A DNA stretch of 61,670 nt, filler included, from Dirinaria sp. TL-2023a (lineage: Eukaryota): the NCBI GenBank assembly GCA_051941275.1. It is 12 parts of 12 records of this genome, joined end to end, with 100 filler letters (N's around TTAATTAATTAA, not from the genome) between each part and the next. Parts side by side here need not be neighbours in the genome. Positions count along the whole stretch, not along the records: positions 10,353 to 15,415 come from JAVEBF010001727.1; positions 15,516 to 20,573 come from JAVEBF010001728.1; positions 20,674 to 25,731 come from JAVEBF010001729.1; 9 more parts are not named here. One strand, written 5' to 3'. Below the pieces are notes generated by a model. The model did not search any database, had not been told where the DNA came from, and saw nothing but the letters and a program-made list of their open reading frames with translations. Each line of letters opens with the position of its first letter. The stretch's first letter is position 1. The position numbers were made by a program, and so were the translations under genes. Below, piece after piece: positions 13,767 to 25,831 of this stretch.

Positions 13767-14290
13767 ATGTCATTGTCTCCAGCCACCCCCGAGGGGGGAG
13801 CAGTAAGTAGCTCCCACTCCATTTCCTACTCCTGCTAACTATGATTAGCCAATGAATGGTAATACGGACTACATTGGCATCAGTACTATGAGCAATGAAG
13901 AAGGAACAGTGAGTATAGTCTTCACCTCACAAGAGAGTACTCTAATAGGTTCAAGAGCATTCGCTCAGTGAAGTCATCCGGGCTCTAGACAGAGCCGACC
14001 AACGGCTCATCGCTCTCGAGAAGATCTGCTACGACGTTGCTACACGAGTCCACAAGCTGGACGCCCGGATGACCAGTATAAGCGCACGAGTTGATCAGAT
14101 TGATTTTACTCTGACGCGCGTCGAGAACGTCTGTATGGACACCAACACCCGACTTGTCGAGGTCGGAGACCAAATGGCGACTTTGGAGAGAGCTGCACAG
14201 CGGCTTCTGAGGTTTGAAGATGAGGTTAGGGATGTGGCGGCCTTACGACAACATTTCACCAAGTACGCTAGGTCTGATCGCTCGTGCTGA
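13767..14290 (+). CDS. Small orphan coiled-coil protein (~145 aa, 3 exons)
   Basis: Exons 13767-13802, 13849-13908 and 13949(or 13958)-14290. Donors are GTAAGT and GTGAGT with CTAAC/CTAAT branch sites, and both introns are phase 0. The last exon has a heptad pattern (LDRADQRLIALEKICYDVATRVHKLDARMTSISARVDQIDFTLTRVE). Confidence 0.55.
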
Positions 14291-14780
14291 GATGGAAGTC
14301 AGGTAGGTGTGGATAAGATGGGGAAAGTGGAGTTGGAAGGTAGGTAGTGAGTGAGTGATGCTACGAAGAGGATGTATGTACCTTACTTTTACTTTATATA
14401 ATATAGATAAAAAGAACTATGAAGTAAAAGATGATCGTGTACTACACTGCTGTCGCACGGGTGCCTTACTTACCAGTAAATGTAGATAAGATATCCATCC
14501 AACAACATCCGCAAAACAACGAAATCACGCGTTCCCTAGGGGAAGGGGATGGGAATGGAGAGGGAATTCGTCTCTTCCCACCTTTGTCAAAGACCCACCC
14601 TTGTCAAAGACCCAACCTTTGGTTAGATAGGTTTCCCAATGGTAAAAGTCCCGGCATGGCCAAAAGACTAACTAAACCAAGTCAAAGGACTTGGTGCCTA
14701 TCTTACTACTTAGGTGTTTTCAGGGTCGTAACAACCCTTCCCATGTAATTCTAACAACTTCAACATCTGTTCAAACAAAG

Positions 14781-15395
14781 AACGAAATCACGAGTTCACG
14801 TGGGTCACACTTCGGTCTTTTCGACCTTCCCATCTAGTTCCAATTTCCAATATCAAGGCCAAGTCTACAACAACAAAAAAGAAATAACGATTTCACGATT
14901 TCACGAAATCACTTGGGTCACACTTCGACTTTTCGATCTTCCCATCTAGTTTTAAGATTAACATCGAACGAAAAGGAAATGATGAAATAACGAAATCACG
15001 ATTTCACTTGGATTCGCGCATCCAGTCTCTTCCCCCCCTTCTCAATTAATTTCAACTCTATAACAAAAAGAATAACGATTTCACGAATTCACTTGGGTTC
15101 GTGCACCCATTGCGTCTCTTCCCCCCTCTCTTTCCACCTATCTGATTCTAATAATAACATCAAACGAAAATGAAATAACGAGTTCACGATTTGACGAATT
15201 CACTTAAATCACACTCTGACTTTTCTTTACAGTCTAAAATTTAGAAAAGAGAAAGAAAAACGAGAGAGAGAGAGAAAAAAAAGTTGAATATCTCTTCTTC
15301 TTCCCCATCCCCTTCAATCTTCAAGATTAACATCAAATCATCAAATAAAATTAGAAATGAAATCACGAGTTCACGAAATCATTTAAATTCGTGCA
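14781..15395. repeat. Degenerate nested repeat array: six clusters of 8-bp GA(A/T/G)(A/T)TCAC-type units
   Basis: Clusters at ~14781, 14881, 14984, 15070, 15172 and 15359. Each is preceded by an A-rich tract and followed by TTGGGTCACAC/TTGGGTTCG-like sequence and a pyrimidine tract. The array runs into the contig end. Confidence 0.8.
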
Positions 15396-15415
15396 CCCCT
15401 TCCTTCGACTAATTC

Positions 15416-15515
15416 NNNNNNNNNNNNNNNNNNNNNNNNNNNNNNNNNNNNNNNNNNNNTTAATTAATTAANNNNNNNNNNNNNNNNNNNNNNNNNNNNN
15501 NNNNNNNNNNNNNNN
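15416..15515. other. Artificial contig linker
   Basis: N44-TTAATTAATTAA-N44. Confidence 0.99.
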
Positions 15516-17744
15516 GTATTATATTCATGATATTGCTCAAGCGATGATGAGATTTCTTGCGGATCAGAATGTGCACTTCTCGCGAAAACTTCGAAATGAT
15601 CTCGAATTAAAACTTCAATCGAGGGTCGAGACGACTCACAGAGTTAATTACTTTCTCCCACGTCAGTCGAAGCATTCTTTGAGTTCTTCGAATCTTGAGG
15701 CAGTGCGTGCTCTTCAGAAAAGAAAAACAACAACCCATCATGTGAACCTGATAGAGGAGGGTGTGAGACCCGGGGAGGTTTAGTGTTAAAATAGGAAGGG
15801 GGGGTACACGCTTAGCGGCGGCCATGAATGTATTGCGTGACTAACTTAATACTATCAGTAGCGCGATGGCTGTTTCAGCGTCATCAAGACCGCTTAATAC
15901 GGGAAGTAATGTACCAAAACCGCAAAGAAACGAACTGTGATGTAGCCGAAGTCATCTCGATTGAACACTGAAGCTGGACTTGCAACTGCCCTTTCGTCGA
16001 GAGAATGTGGAGAACGACATCGATCATCACCAAGATCTGTCTCTGGAACATTCACAAACTATGTCTTGATCATGCGCGCTTGTCTTCTTCCAAGTCGGCA
16101 CTCCTTCATCAGCATATCAATCACTGATTATTGACACTTTCAAAACATCCATGTAGGTAATCTAATTATTTGTCTCATCCACCGCATCATGGATATAGCA
16201 TACCTATGCTCTGAGAAGACTCTCTCGACATATCCCAGAAGAACAGCTGACCCCAATGGGCGAATCAGCTCCATACCACACCTACTTTGAGGCGCGAAGT
16301 TTCATGGGATACTTGAGATCGAGGAAATCGTGCGTCTGAGGAAATCAAATCACCGCACTCCATTTTCGGATGTACGAATATTGTTGCACTCACAGAATCT
16401 AAAGCCTCACGATCATATGCTCGGCGAGAATAGCAACAGACGAGGCGTGATGGAGGTAATCGAAGCTGTGACTGATATTATGTATCATGAATCGCGCCAT
16501 ATAATGGGACTTTTGAGACTTCTTCCTCATGCACAAGCTTATTGGTTCAGTCGCAACCAATCAATACTTATGTATTTCTGCAGCTCTGGGTTGCTTCAAC
16601 CACGTGCAGTGTGCACGCCTGATATATGTTAATGCAGGAGCCATCAATATGCATATGCCATATTGGCTTCTGTATTCCTTCGCCTAGCAGTACTGACAAT
16701 TTCATTGGGTCTGATACATCGTCGGTTGCAAATTTCTTGACACATCTGGGAAAATAGCATTGCTATTCTGCTTCTAAGATCCACCTCGAAACGCCTCCCT
16801 GATTGAACTCCGTGCGATGAGTACCCAAAAGTAACGGTCACTGTTGTTATTGAAGAAGCTCGGGTTATGAACCCGAAACAATACACCGATGTCATGAGTT
16901 TCACTCCATTTCTCGATTTGAAAGGATAATGACTTGTGTGGAGCACTGAGTAACTCTTTGAAAAAGGGTCCTGCTCAAGAGCGCCTTGAGCCAAATCCGT
17001 CAAGGAACTTGCACCAGACGAAACTTAGTTTTAGCTCATTTAAGTCCAGTGACTGACCAATTGGATCATATTCAACCGGACATTGGGCCAGCAAAGAAGC
17101 CATCGGGACCTCCGACACAGAGGCTTACTATAAGCGGCGATGGAGACTCGTACGTTCAACTCCAGCGACGCCGTGGGCGAGTCTGTACCAAAGGATGGGC
17201 CACAATGCTTCTTATTTGCATAGAATTGGGGCAGGACTAAATTGAGGTTCTTTCATTCGAGAGTTCCGAGAATCCAAACTGACCGGCCGAGGGTTTCCGA
17301 TTCTCCGGAAATATTCAAATTTTGAGGGCGTAGAGCTACACGTGCTCCTTTGAAAAGGCGTGGCGTTACTTCTCGCGGGTTTCTGACCACACAAATGGAG
17401 TTGAACTGTCTCAAGCTTATTTTCTCGCAGCGAGAGAGCTATGGGATGATCAAAGCGGCGGTATCTGGAGACTAGTGCGACATGGCGGGCATGCTCGGTT
17501 AATGGGATGCGAGCGAGTGAACCCGTGAATCGATACTGTTTCTCAAGGACAGCGATCGAGTTAACCAGAAGTCGACAACCCTGGAGCATGAAGGATATAT
17601 AAGCTCCTTCGTGACCTCGATAATTCACCAACAAGCCCTTGGATCCAATCTCAACCAGAATCGAGAAGCCTGCTGCAAAACCCCGTCGAGTACTCGTTAC
17701 GCTTCTCCCAGTCCGCCCCCTCACAAGCCAAAGACATACTCAAT

Positions 17745-18504
17745 ATGCTCTTCACCACCGCCATCATTATCTTCGGCCTCATCGCCCATCCGGCACTTAT
17801 CAGCGCCGCGGCTCCCCCCTTGGGCCAAATAGTAAGCGCAGTTGGAGGACTTTCCCGCACCGCCGAAGGCATCGACGAAGACATCAAAGACATCAATGCC
17901 TTGACTGGTGTCACGCAAGCAAACAAGATCGCCGACGATATCCAAACCTTCGTGGGTGACATCCAGAATGTCCAGGATGGGGCTCAGGGCACGAAGCCCG
18001 TGGGCGATGATCCAGAAGAGGAGCAACTGACAGGGGCTTTTGGCAGCGTGGGTCCCTACTTCTCTTCGGCCAAGGCATGGACTGACAATTTCTTTGGCAC
18101 TTTAGTTCGAGGGATCCACAGACCAATTGCTGGAGGATCTTGATAACAAAGTTAATGAACTGAATGAGGTCGGTCAAGGCAAAGCGATAGAGACGGCGCT
18201 GGAGGATCTCAAGCCCGTTGTAGAGGTTCGTGTATCTACCCTCTACGAATTTCTCCGCCCCTCCACACCGATTCTTCTTTTTTCCGCGATGGATGGAATG
18301 CTGATCATTATCGTCGTGGGACAGAATTTCGCAGCGTTTATTGCTGGCCTTCTCAAAGACGGCGATGAGAAAGATGTTATCTACGAAAATACGGCAAATA
18401 TCGTTTCTGATATCAGTACTGATGAAGATCAGTATGAGGAAGGTCCGGTGGCTTCCAAGAGAGCGCGAATCGCACGGTCGAGGGTCGCACGTGGGAAACT
18501 GTGA
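17745..18504 (+). CDS. Small secreted acidic, cysteine-free helical protein (~200 aa, 3 exons)
   Basis: Signal peptide MLFTTAIIIFGLIAHPALISA. Exons 17745-18047, 18106-18225 and 18325-18504, with phase-0 introns carrying ACTGAC/GCTGAT branch sites. TATATAA lies ~150 nt upstream. Confidence 0.7.
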
Positions 18505-20573
18505 GTCTCTGAATGCCCGCAATGTCTTTCTATAAGGACGCACTATCGGGAAAAGGGCATGATGGGTTCTAATTTCGAACGGGGCAGGACTGTTGTGGGG
18601 GCAGGGGGCGAATGTTCGTCGGTAGGCTCTGATTCGCGGGAATCGTGCTATTGCTGGATCTCTTAGTCGAATGATGCTTCATAATTTTGTTTTCGGGGCG
18701 AGGAGTCTCTGTCAAGTCGAGTTTTGCATTTGAAGCGTTTCACAGAAGCTGGCAACCTGTCTTGGTAGCGATCTCTTCTAATACGTGTGTCACCGCACCT
18801 ACCAGAGCCCTTCCAACTTTGACGAAGGTCAGGAAGTGCTGCAAAGAACCACCACCTCTCGATAGCAGAGCTGACGAAAGGAAAAGTATCGCTCTTCTCC
18901 GACTTCTCCGTATTGACCTCTTCTGACTCGAACGGACATGTCTCCGTTCTCGCGAACACCTGCAGAGGAAATTGTTCCTGCGAGGCTGAATCTTACCGCA
19001 TCAAACGCTGGCCAATCAGCCATCGATTTTCACCTCTCAATATGCATTGCCTCCTGCCATCGTCTGACACAAGGCGCAAGCCACGGTCCGCTTCAAGCGC
19101 CGTCTCTGCTATCACTGGTCTATCTTCCACTGCCAAGGCTCCTCGCACTCAATGAGTCAACGTACCTCGTGGGCCAGACTCAAGATCTTGACCGCAGTCC
19201 AAACATAGATGCTGTCGAAACCCAGCTCCGGGAGCGCCTCTTCGGTGAAGACTCCTACTTTGGTCGACCAGTCTGAGTCGAAGGGGACTTTGCTGTGTGC
19301 TTGAATTATTGATATAAAGGTGAGAACCTTCGACTTTTCGCCCACCGTTTTGGCATCTTCCAGAAATTTGCCAAAGTCAGGATTAGCCCCAGCTTTCACC
19401 ATGCTTATGCGAGAATTGCCCATTTGCTCTGTATTATTCGCGTTGACGGCGCGAACCCTCGCACAATGCTCCGACCTTTGCTCAGTGTCTGACGACTCCG
19501 ACAGCTTGGACGCACTCGATGCCTCAGCTGATGCGGACTTCAACGAGGATTTAACGTCAGCGATTGACGCAGATAACACAGACTTATAGCCCAAAGAATA
19601 TTTAGATAATCCGGAGTTTTGGAAAGGATCCGCCAAGCAATTGGTTCTTTTTCCTTGTTTTTTTTTTTTTTTTTGATGTTTTTCCGAATTCGACTCCTGG
19701 CGTCTACATCGATCCCATTATAAGCACTGCCGAGCATTTGCTCTGTCATGCTCATTCATTAATGTTTCGAGAGCGAGCGTAAGTGTAAGGCGATCACCTC
19801 GCTCGATCCAAAGTCTTAGCTTCTTGCTCCGCTCCCTAAACCCCCTTAGCACAGCCCTACCCAACCGTCCGGTAACTTGGTCTAATTGGGCGTCCCGCCA
19901 TGTTCCTGACAGACAAGATAGACTCACATTAGAGGGTCTGATTGAAGGATCACATGACGAGCACTAATGCAGGTAGTCCTATCGCCTCGTGGAGACAATT
20001 GTCCGAGATCTGGGGTAAAGTCGACGATCCATGGTCCCCTAGAAGCTACCTTATGCGCTGTTAATTGCGAAAGGTCAACGCTATTAGCTTAGCCCAGCCC
20101 GCTCTTCAACGTGAGGTAACCTTGCTTGCTCTTTCCAGCCAATCATAGGTAGTATTGCCACTTTTCTCAGTGATGAGCGCAGAGCGGCTCAGGTGTCTAG
20201 GCAGGGCTTGGACTACCTTATGCGCCGTCTGGAGCTTGGAATATGTAGTATGTGCTCGATCCGCTTCCATAACCAATTCATCTCGAACTACTACTATGCG
20301 TCCCGTGTTGAAGGTCGTTCGATTGTGTTTCGTCATTGGCTTGAATCAGAGCCATGGTACCTTAGACTGCGAAATACATGACGATGGTGAACGCGGTTTG
20401 GAGATCGAATCGGAAAATAGTATTAAGTATGCAAAAACCATTAGATTCTTGTCCCCCACTGAACTCCCTGTACAAGTTTGATTGTGGTATATTATTGCCA
20501 GTCTTTCCTCAAACTTGATTGGTCCAACTTTCTTTTCTCACACTAAACCCGCATTATCGAGTGCCTACAAGAA

Positions 20574-20673
20574 NNNNNNNNNNNNNNNNNNNNNNNNNNN
20601 NNNNNNNNNNNNNNNNNTTAATTAATTAANNNNNNNNNNNNNNNNNNNNNNNNNNNNNNNNNNNNNNNNNNNN
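20574..20673. other. Artificial contig linker
   Basis: N44-TTAATTAATTAA-N44. Confidence 0.99.
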
Positions 20674-22243
20674 CTTATGATGTCTACACCTAGCTAAGTA
20701 TGCACAAGTCACCTGCAGCAGCTCATCCAAACAGACCTTGTGGTTGGCTGAAGCATGTAGGATATTTCTTCTTCCTCCTCCTCCTCCTCTTCTTCTTCTC
20801 CTTCTTCTTTTTCATTTGATCACTTGATCATTGTTTTTCGCAGCATTGGTTTACTCTACATAATTTTATCTTCGAGACTCTTTAAATTTTTGCGTACTTC
20901 TCACGGATCTTTCTAACTAAATATCATTCGTCTCAGCTACGACACCAATACGAGTCAAGAGTGCACTTCATGAGAGATATTCGAAGAAGAGTGATCATCT
21001 TTTTGCACCCAAAAATAAAATAAAAAGTGCTCAGCACGAGATGCTTCCCATGAAGCTACCTTATATGAAAGGCTTACGGTATCGGACAGCGTGATCAGCA
21101 ATCGGAAATTCAAGGGACGTCGGTACCCAAGGAATCTCAAATTGTAAAGAGGTGATCACAGTGTCGAATGATGATGGGTCTTTCCGATGAGAGAATACTA
21201 AAGATCCAAGTGTCTCAGATAAAATAGATGAACTCATTCGAAATGTTGATGCGATGATGGCTGTACTCGAAGAAAAACAAAGCAATGATCAGCAATCCAA
21301 AGCGAAACCAGAAGATCTGAAGCTGGTCGAGAAACCCTACCTGAGTAGCCGTAATGTGTTTCTCTCTACGTATACTCGCGACAAAACTAATCGTCTTGCC
21401 AGTAATGACCACGAGTCGATCTAGAAGGGAAATGTCACGGCTCATCACGGTGACGCGCTTCTGGACGCTCTTGTTTACAGAGAGACCATGAGAAACGATT
21501 ATGTCACCTCTTGGCCTCTTGGGAGCTTTATGATACCAATCACGAGCAAGTCTTAGCCATGCGTAAGTCTCTTCTTTGCGACTCAGTCATTTAAGCTGCT
21601 TGTTAACTTCAGATTCTTAAAAAATGATGTGCGAACACTTCGAATTCTGAAGTCAAACGCGAATTGTAAAGGCTATAAACAATTACACTGCGCCTCAAAG
21701 TTTCTTTGAGATTTTTCAGACATTCCGAGACGCCATGACCATGACCGAGTGGCGTGGCAGCTGTCTTCGAAATAAAAAATCACCAGCTCATTACGCGTAT
21801 TGGAACTTCTGAAGAAAATATCTTTTGGTTGAGATTCAGCGCTGAGAACTCAGGCATGTATAGAGAGGAGAATATATTGAAGCTCGACATTGATGAGTGC
21901 ATCTAGCGCAGCTTGCATTTATCAGCAGCTACTACAAGCGAGACACTTGTGAAAGTTCAGTACTTGCATGTGATCGGCAGGCGGTCTCCCTGCTCTAGAG
22001 AAGTAGACGCATTAGGTAGTGAAATCCAAGAAAGATCTTTCCTTGAAACGCTCGTGTATTGCGCACGAGTGACGAGATTGCTGTTTCCATGTACGCATCA
22101 AGCATGGGCGTTCTAACATGTAAGTACACGTACTTGCTCGCTTTTCAAGAAATGGAAGAGGCAGCTAGGGTCATTTGTAAGCCATACTTCGAAGGCTCGA
22201 ATTGTGTGACTTAAGCATGCCTCCTGTACCCCGCGCTATTTAT

Positions 22244-22244
<1 letters not shown>

Positions 22245-22284
<40 letters not shown>
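22245..22284. repeat. Poly(A) tract (~40 nt)
   Basis: Directly visible homopolymer. Confidence 0.9.
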
Positions 22285-22292
<8 letters not shown>

Positions 22293-23880
22293 GATAAGAG
22301 ATTGATTGTCCTTTAGCTCCTTAGCTCCTCAGATAGCGAGAACTATTGAATCTTTCTTCCTGGGTTCGCAACTCGGATGATCAAGACCGGGGATTTGAAC
22401 ATAGAATGGGATGAGAAGAATATCTTCTTGTAGTAAAAAGACAGAAAGGCATAGCATGGCAAGCTGAGCTGCAGTTCCCTGAGACGAGTCTGGGGTTTGA
22501 AATATGGCGCGTACCTGCAACCTCATCCTAACTCTTCAGACCGGCAGTTGGCCTACGCCAACGACGATACGCCAACGGTCTCCCTCGAGATCTTCGTGAA
22601 AGTGCTAGGAACAGTTCTGGCTATGACAGTGCTATAGCCGATGCCCTATATGGTAGACAGCTTAACAACGCTTTTGCTGTCGCTGCTTTTCCCGTGAAAT
22701 TCCAGTACAGCGCACAAGATAGTAATTTTCGAATCGATACCTTGGTAGAAAATCCTCAAGCTGTCTTTCCCGTGGACAGTACTTTTGGAATCTTCCTGCG
22801 AGGAGAAAGAATCTTTTGATCAAAAGCGGCGAGCAGAGAAGTCATACTCACCCATTTGAATTGGAGCAAGGATAATTTCAACGATTCCCTGGCCCATCGT
22901 TTGGTAAATGAACAGAAGGCAATACTTAAGATGGGTTTTCTGAGCAATCCCAAACGCTAAGCTTAATTATTGTACGAGTTGTATGTGAAGTACCTTGTCC
23001 ATGCCCGAATCTGGAAAGGGCAATACTTCGTGCCTTAGGTAAGCAGGTAGTAGTCTTCCAGTCGTCAGCCTGCTGGGTCCATGTGGCCAAATTGACCAAT
23101 CAAACAGGTTCGTGCATCTTGTCCGAGGCAGTCCCGCCTTACTTTACTCACATGACACTCAAAATGCGGGGTTATCTTTACTTACCTTACTGGAACCGTG
23201 AAATCGGGACGAGAGAAGAGGAATCCCAAGAGCCCAAAAGTGCCGTGTGCATGATAATACATTAGTATGATTGCCCTGGCTCGGCACTGCATGCCCTGAA
23301 AGAGTTGATTACTTCGTCGAAGCAGCGATTGGATGCGATGAAATCCGTTTCATTTTGGTGGTTCACGGAAATTTCGAGGAATTTCGAGGCGCCGACGCCC
23401 ATGTCAGATGAACATCCTCACGCCTCCCGGATTGTTGAAGTGAGCTCCCGATCACTGCCTACAAGGTTCTTTTCCACTCTCTTCCCCTCGACTCCGTGTA
23501 TACACGTACAGGATGTCCAATCGGATGTCCAATGGGACATCCAATGCTTATGCCGGACGAGGTCAGCTGGTGTTGTAGGAGCTTGAGGAAAAAGAGCCTG
23601 AGGCGGTAGGCGCCACTACTATAAATGTTATACAATGAATTACGGAGCCAAGGGTCGGCTTTCTGCCGAGGAGTAGTAATGGAAGTGTTCCTCATGCTTG
23701 GGCGGATATTTCCGCTGTCCCATGGCCGCGATTAGCAATATCGCATGTCAGCGTGCAGGTAACACGGAAAACTTGGCCACATTCGGCAGGCGGATCAAAG
23801 GTATTTGAAGCACCTCGAACCTCCACCTCAACCGGGAACAGCCTGGAAGACATCGCTTGATCGTCCATTCACGAAACATC

Positions 23881-24971
23881 ATGGATACATCAAAGGGAAA
23901 AACGTCGTTGATGAAGGATCTGAGTATCGACAACATCACCCAGAATGCCATCCTCGTCAACTCCCTCAGCGGCAATCCTCGGTTGACGTTTCTTTTCGAG
24001 CGGCTCACCACCCATCTTCACGCTTTCGCACAGGAGACCCGATTGAGTACGGAAGAATGGAGCGCCGGTCTGAAATTCCTGGAAGAGGTCGGCCAGAAGT
24101 GCAAGGAACGGGAGGTATGCTTCGCGGATAGACTTCGTTTTAGGCCAACACTAACCGCGGTTACAGGAGTTTATCCTACTTTCGGATAGCCTGGGACTAT
24201 CGCTCCTCGTCGACTTGATCAACCATCCCAAACCCGCAAACGCCACCGAGCTCTCGCTCCGTGGGCCTGCCCACACCCACGATGGTCCGCTGATGGAGCA
24301 TGGAGGGGGGATCTCGCACGATACCCGCGGGGAGCCTCTGCTGGTCCTCTGCTCCGTCAAAGACTCCGCCGGCAAACCGATTGAGCGTGTGGCTATTGAC
24401 ATCTGGGAAGCCGACGCAGCTGGCAACTACGATGTGTTCTACCCTGATCGAGAAGGTCCGGAGGGCAGATGTACGATGTACAGCGGTGCGGATGGGAGCT
24501 TCTGGTTCAAAGGTATCGCGCCGGTGAATTACCCGATGCCGCCAGATGGACCGGTCCACAAAATGCTCGAGATGCTCCATCGCCAACCGTGGCGTCCGGC
24601 GCATGTGCATTTCGTGTTCGAAAAGGAAGGCTACGATGAACTTACCACGTAAGTCGTTGCGCATCTCCTTGCCATGGCCATCGCTGACTAATTTATCTAG
24701 TGCGATCTACCTGCGTGGGGATCCATTCGAGACTTCCGACCCGGTGTTCGGCGTCCAGGAATCGCTTCTGACCGAGTACGAGCAAGCAGACGACGCTACC
24801 GCCAAGCGGTACGACGTGAAGCCCGGCACCAAGGTCATGAAGTACGACTTCGTGCTCGCGAGCGACAAGGAAGTCGCCGACGTGCGGCATAAGAGGGCGG
24901 AGCAAGCTCTGGCGGACTTGGGCCATAAGACCAAGTGGCTCGATGGATTGCCAGTGCCAGACGTGGATTAG
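23881..24971 (+). CDS. Intradiol ring-cleavage dioxygenase (hydroxyquinol/catechol 1,2-dioxygenase family, ~328 aa)
   Basis: Exons 23881-24114, 24167-24648 and 24701-24971. Motifs EFILLSD.LGLS.LVD, DIWEAD..G.YD (Tyr ligand), P.NYPMP.DGPV (Tyr ligand), RPAHVHF (His-x-His), DPVFGV and GLPVPDVD. Confidence 0.93.
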
Positions 24972-25546
24972 GTCAACTTCTCTTCCATACCTAAGTAAGG
25001 TAGTCGTTAAAGTATATGCCCTTGTGCCTGCAGGCCATGTAATTCTCTGCGAAAAAGCGTATGCAACAACTGTCTTTATGACCGCAATTGACTTGTAGCC
25101 TACCTTACCTTAAACTATCTATAAGCCAAAAGATCAATTCAAGAAGCGCGATTCGCTCTTTCTTTCTTCTCTAATTTCCCCACCTTTTCCTCGTGTAGAT
25201 TTACTTTTCAACCACCATTGTCTGTGTACGACTGCGCGTCGTCTATTGACGTGGTACTCTATCTCACAATCGTCTCGCTAGACGTTGATGTTAAAAGATT
25301 CTTTTTAGAGGAATATAAGAGAGGGTTTGAGAGATGGGAATGGGTGGTGGTGTAGCGGCCCCCTCCCCTCCCTTTTTTAAAAAAAAAAAAACATAAAAAG
25401 CCAAAACCCCCCTTTCTCCATATACCTCCACATACCTCTTCTCTTCTCCCGCATAGCAAGATATATACCTACGTCCCTCGCCTACGTTCCTCCCGTTTAT
25501 TAAACCTAGCCATGGCATCTCTTATTCCAACCCCTATCCTCTGTTT

Positions 25547-25576
25547 CATAACATAACATAACATAACATAACATAA
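25547..25576. repeat. (CATAA)n microsatellite
   Basis: About 6 tandem copies visible. Confidence 0.9.
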
Positions 25577-25731
25577 AACAGGAGATCGATAGATAGCTAG
25601 CTAGATCTGGATGCGTCGAGGAGAAGAGCATTTGATATGGATTGAGAATGATGTTAGAAGAGAGGGAGAGGGGTAGGGATGTTTGGGGAAGTTGGATACG
25701 GGTGATGCTAAGGTAGGTAGTATTGCCTTCC

Positions 25732-25831
25732 NNNNNNNNNNNNNNNNNNNNNNNNNNNNNNNNNNNNNNNNNNNNTTAATTAATTAANNNNNNNNNNNNN
25801 NNNNNNNNNNNNNNNNNNNNNNNNNNNNNNN
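25732..25831. other. Artificial contig linker
   Basis: N44-TTAATTAATTAA-N44. Confidence 0.99.

Noticed and set aside
14781..15395. CRISPR array
   Set aside because: Repeats are degenerate and variable in length, spacers resemble one another, the context is eukaryotic and there are no cas genes.
18663..19636. Minus-strand gene from ORFs 19157-19636 and 18829-19023
   Set aside because: TTG start, no coherent splice model and no recognisable motif. It may be a decayed gene but is not supportable.
20940..21900. Decayed coding-like sequence with a splice donor (also 26400-27280 and 51538-52600)
   Set aside because: Multiple stops and frame breaks with no identifiable family; too weak to call.
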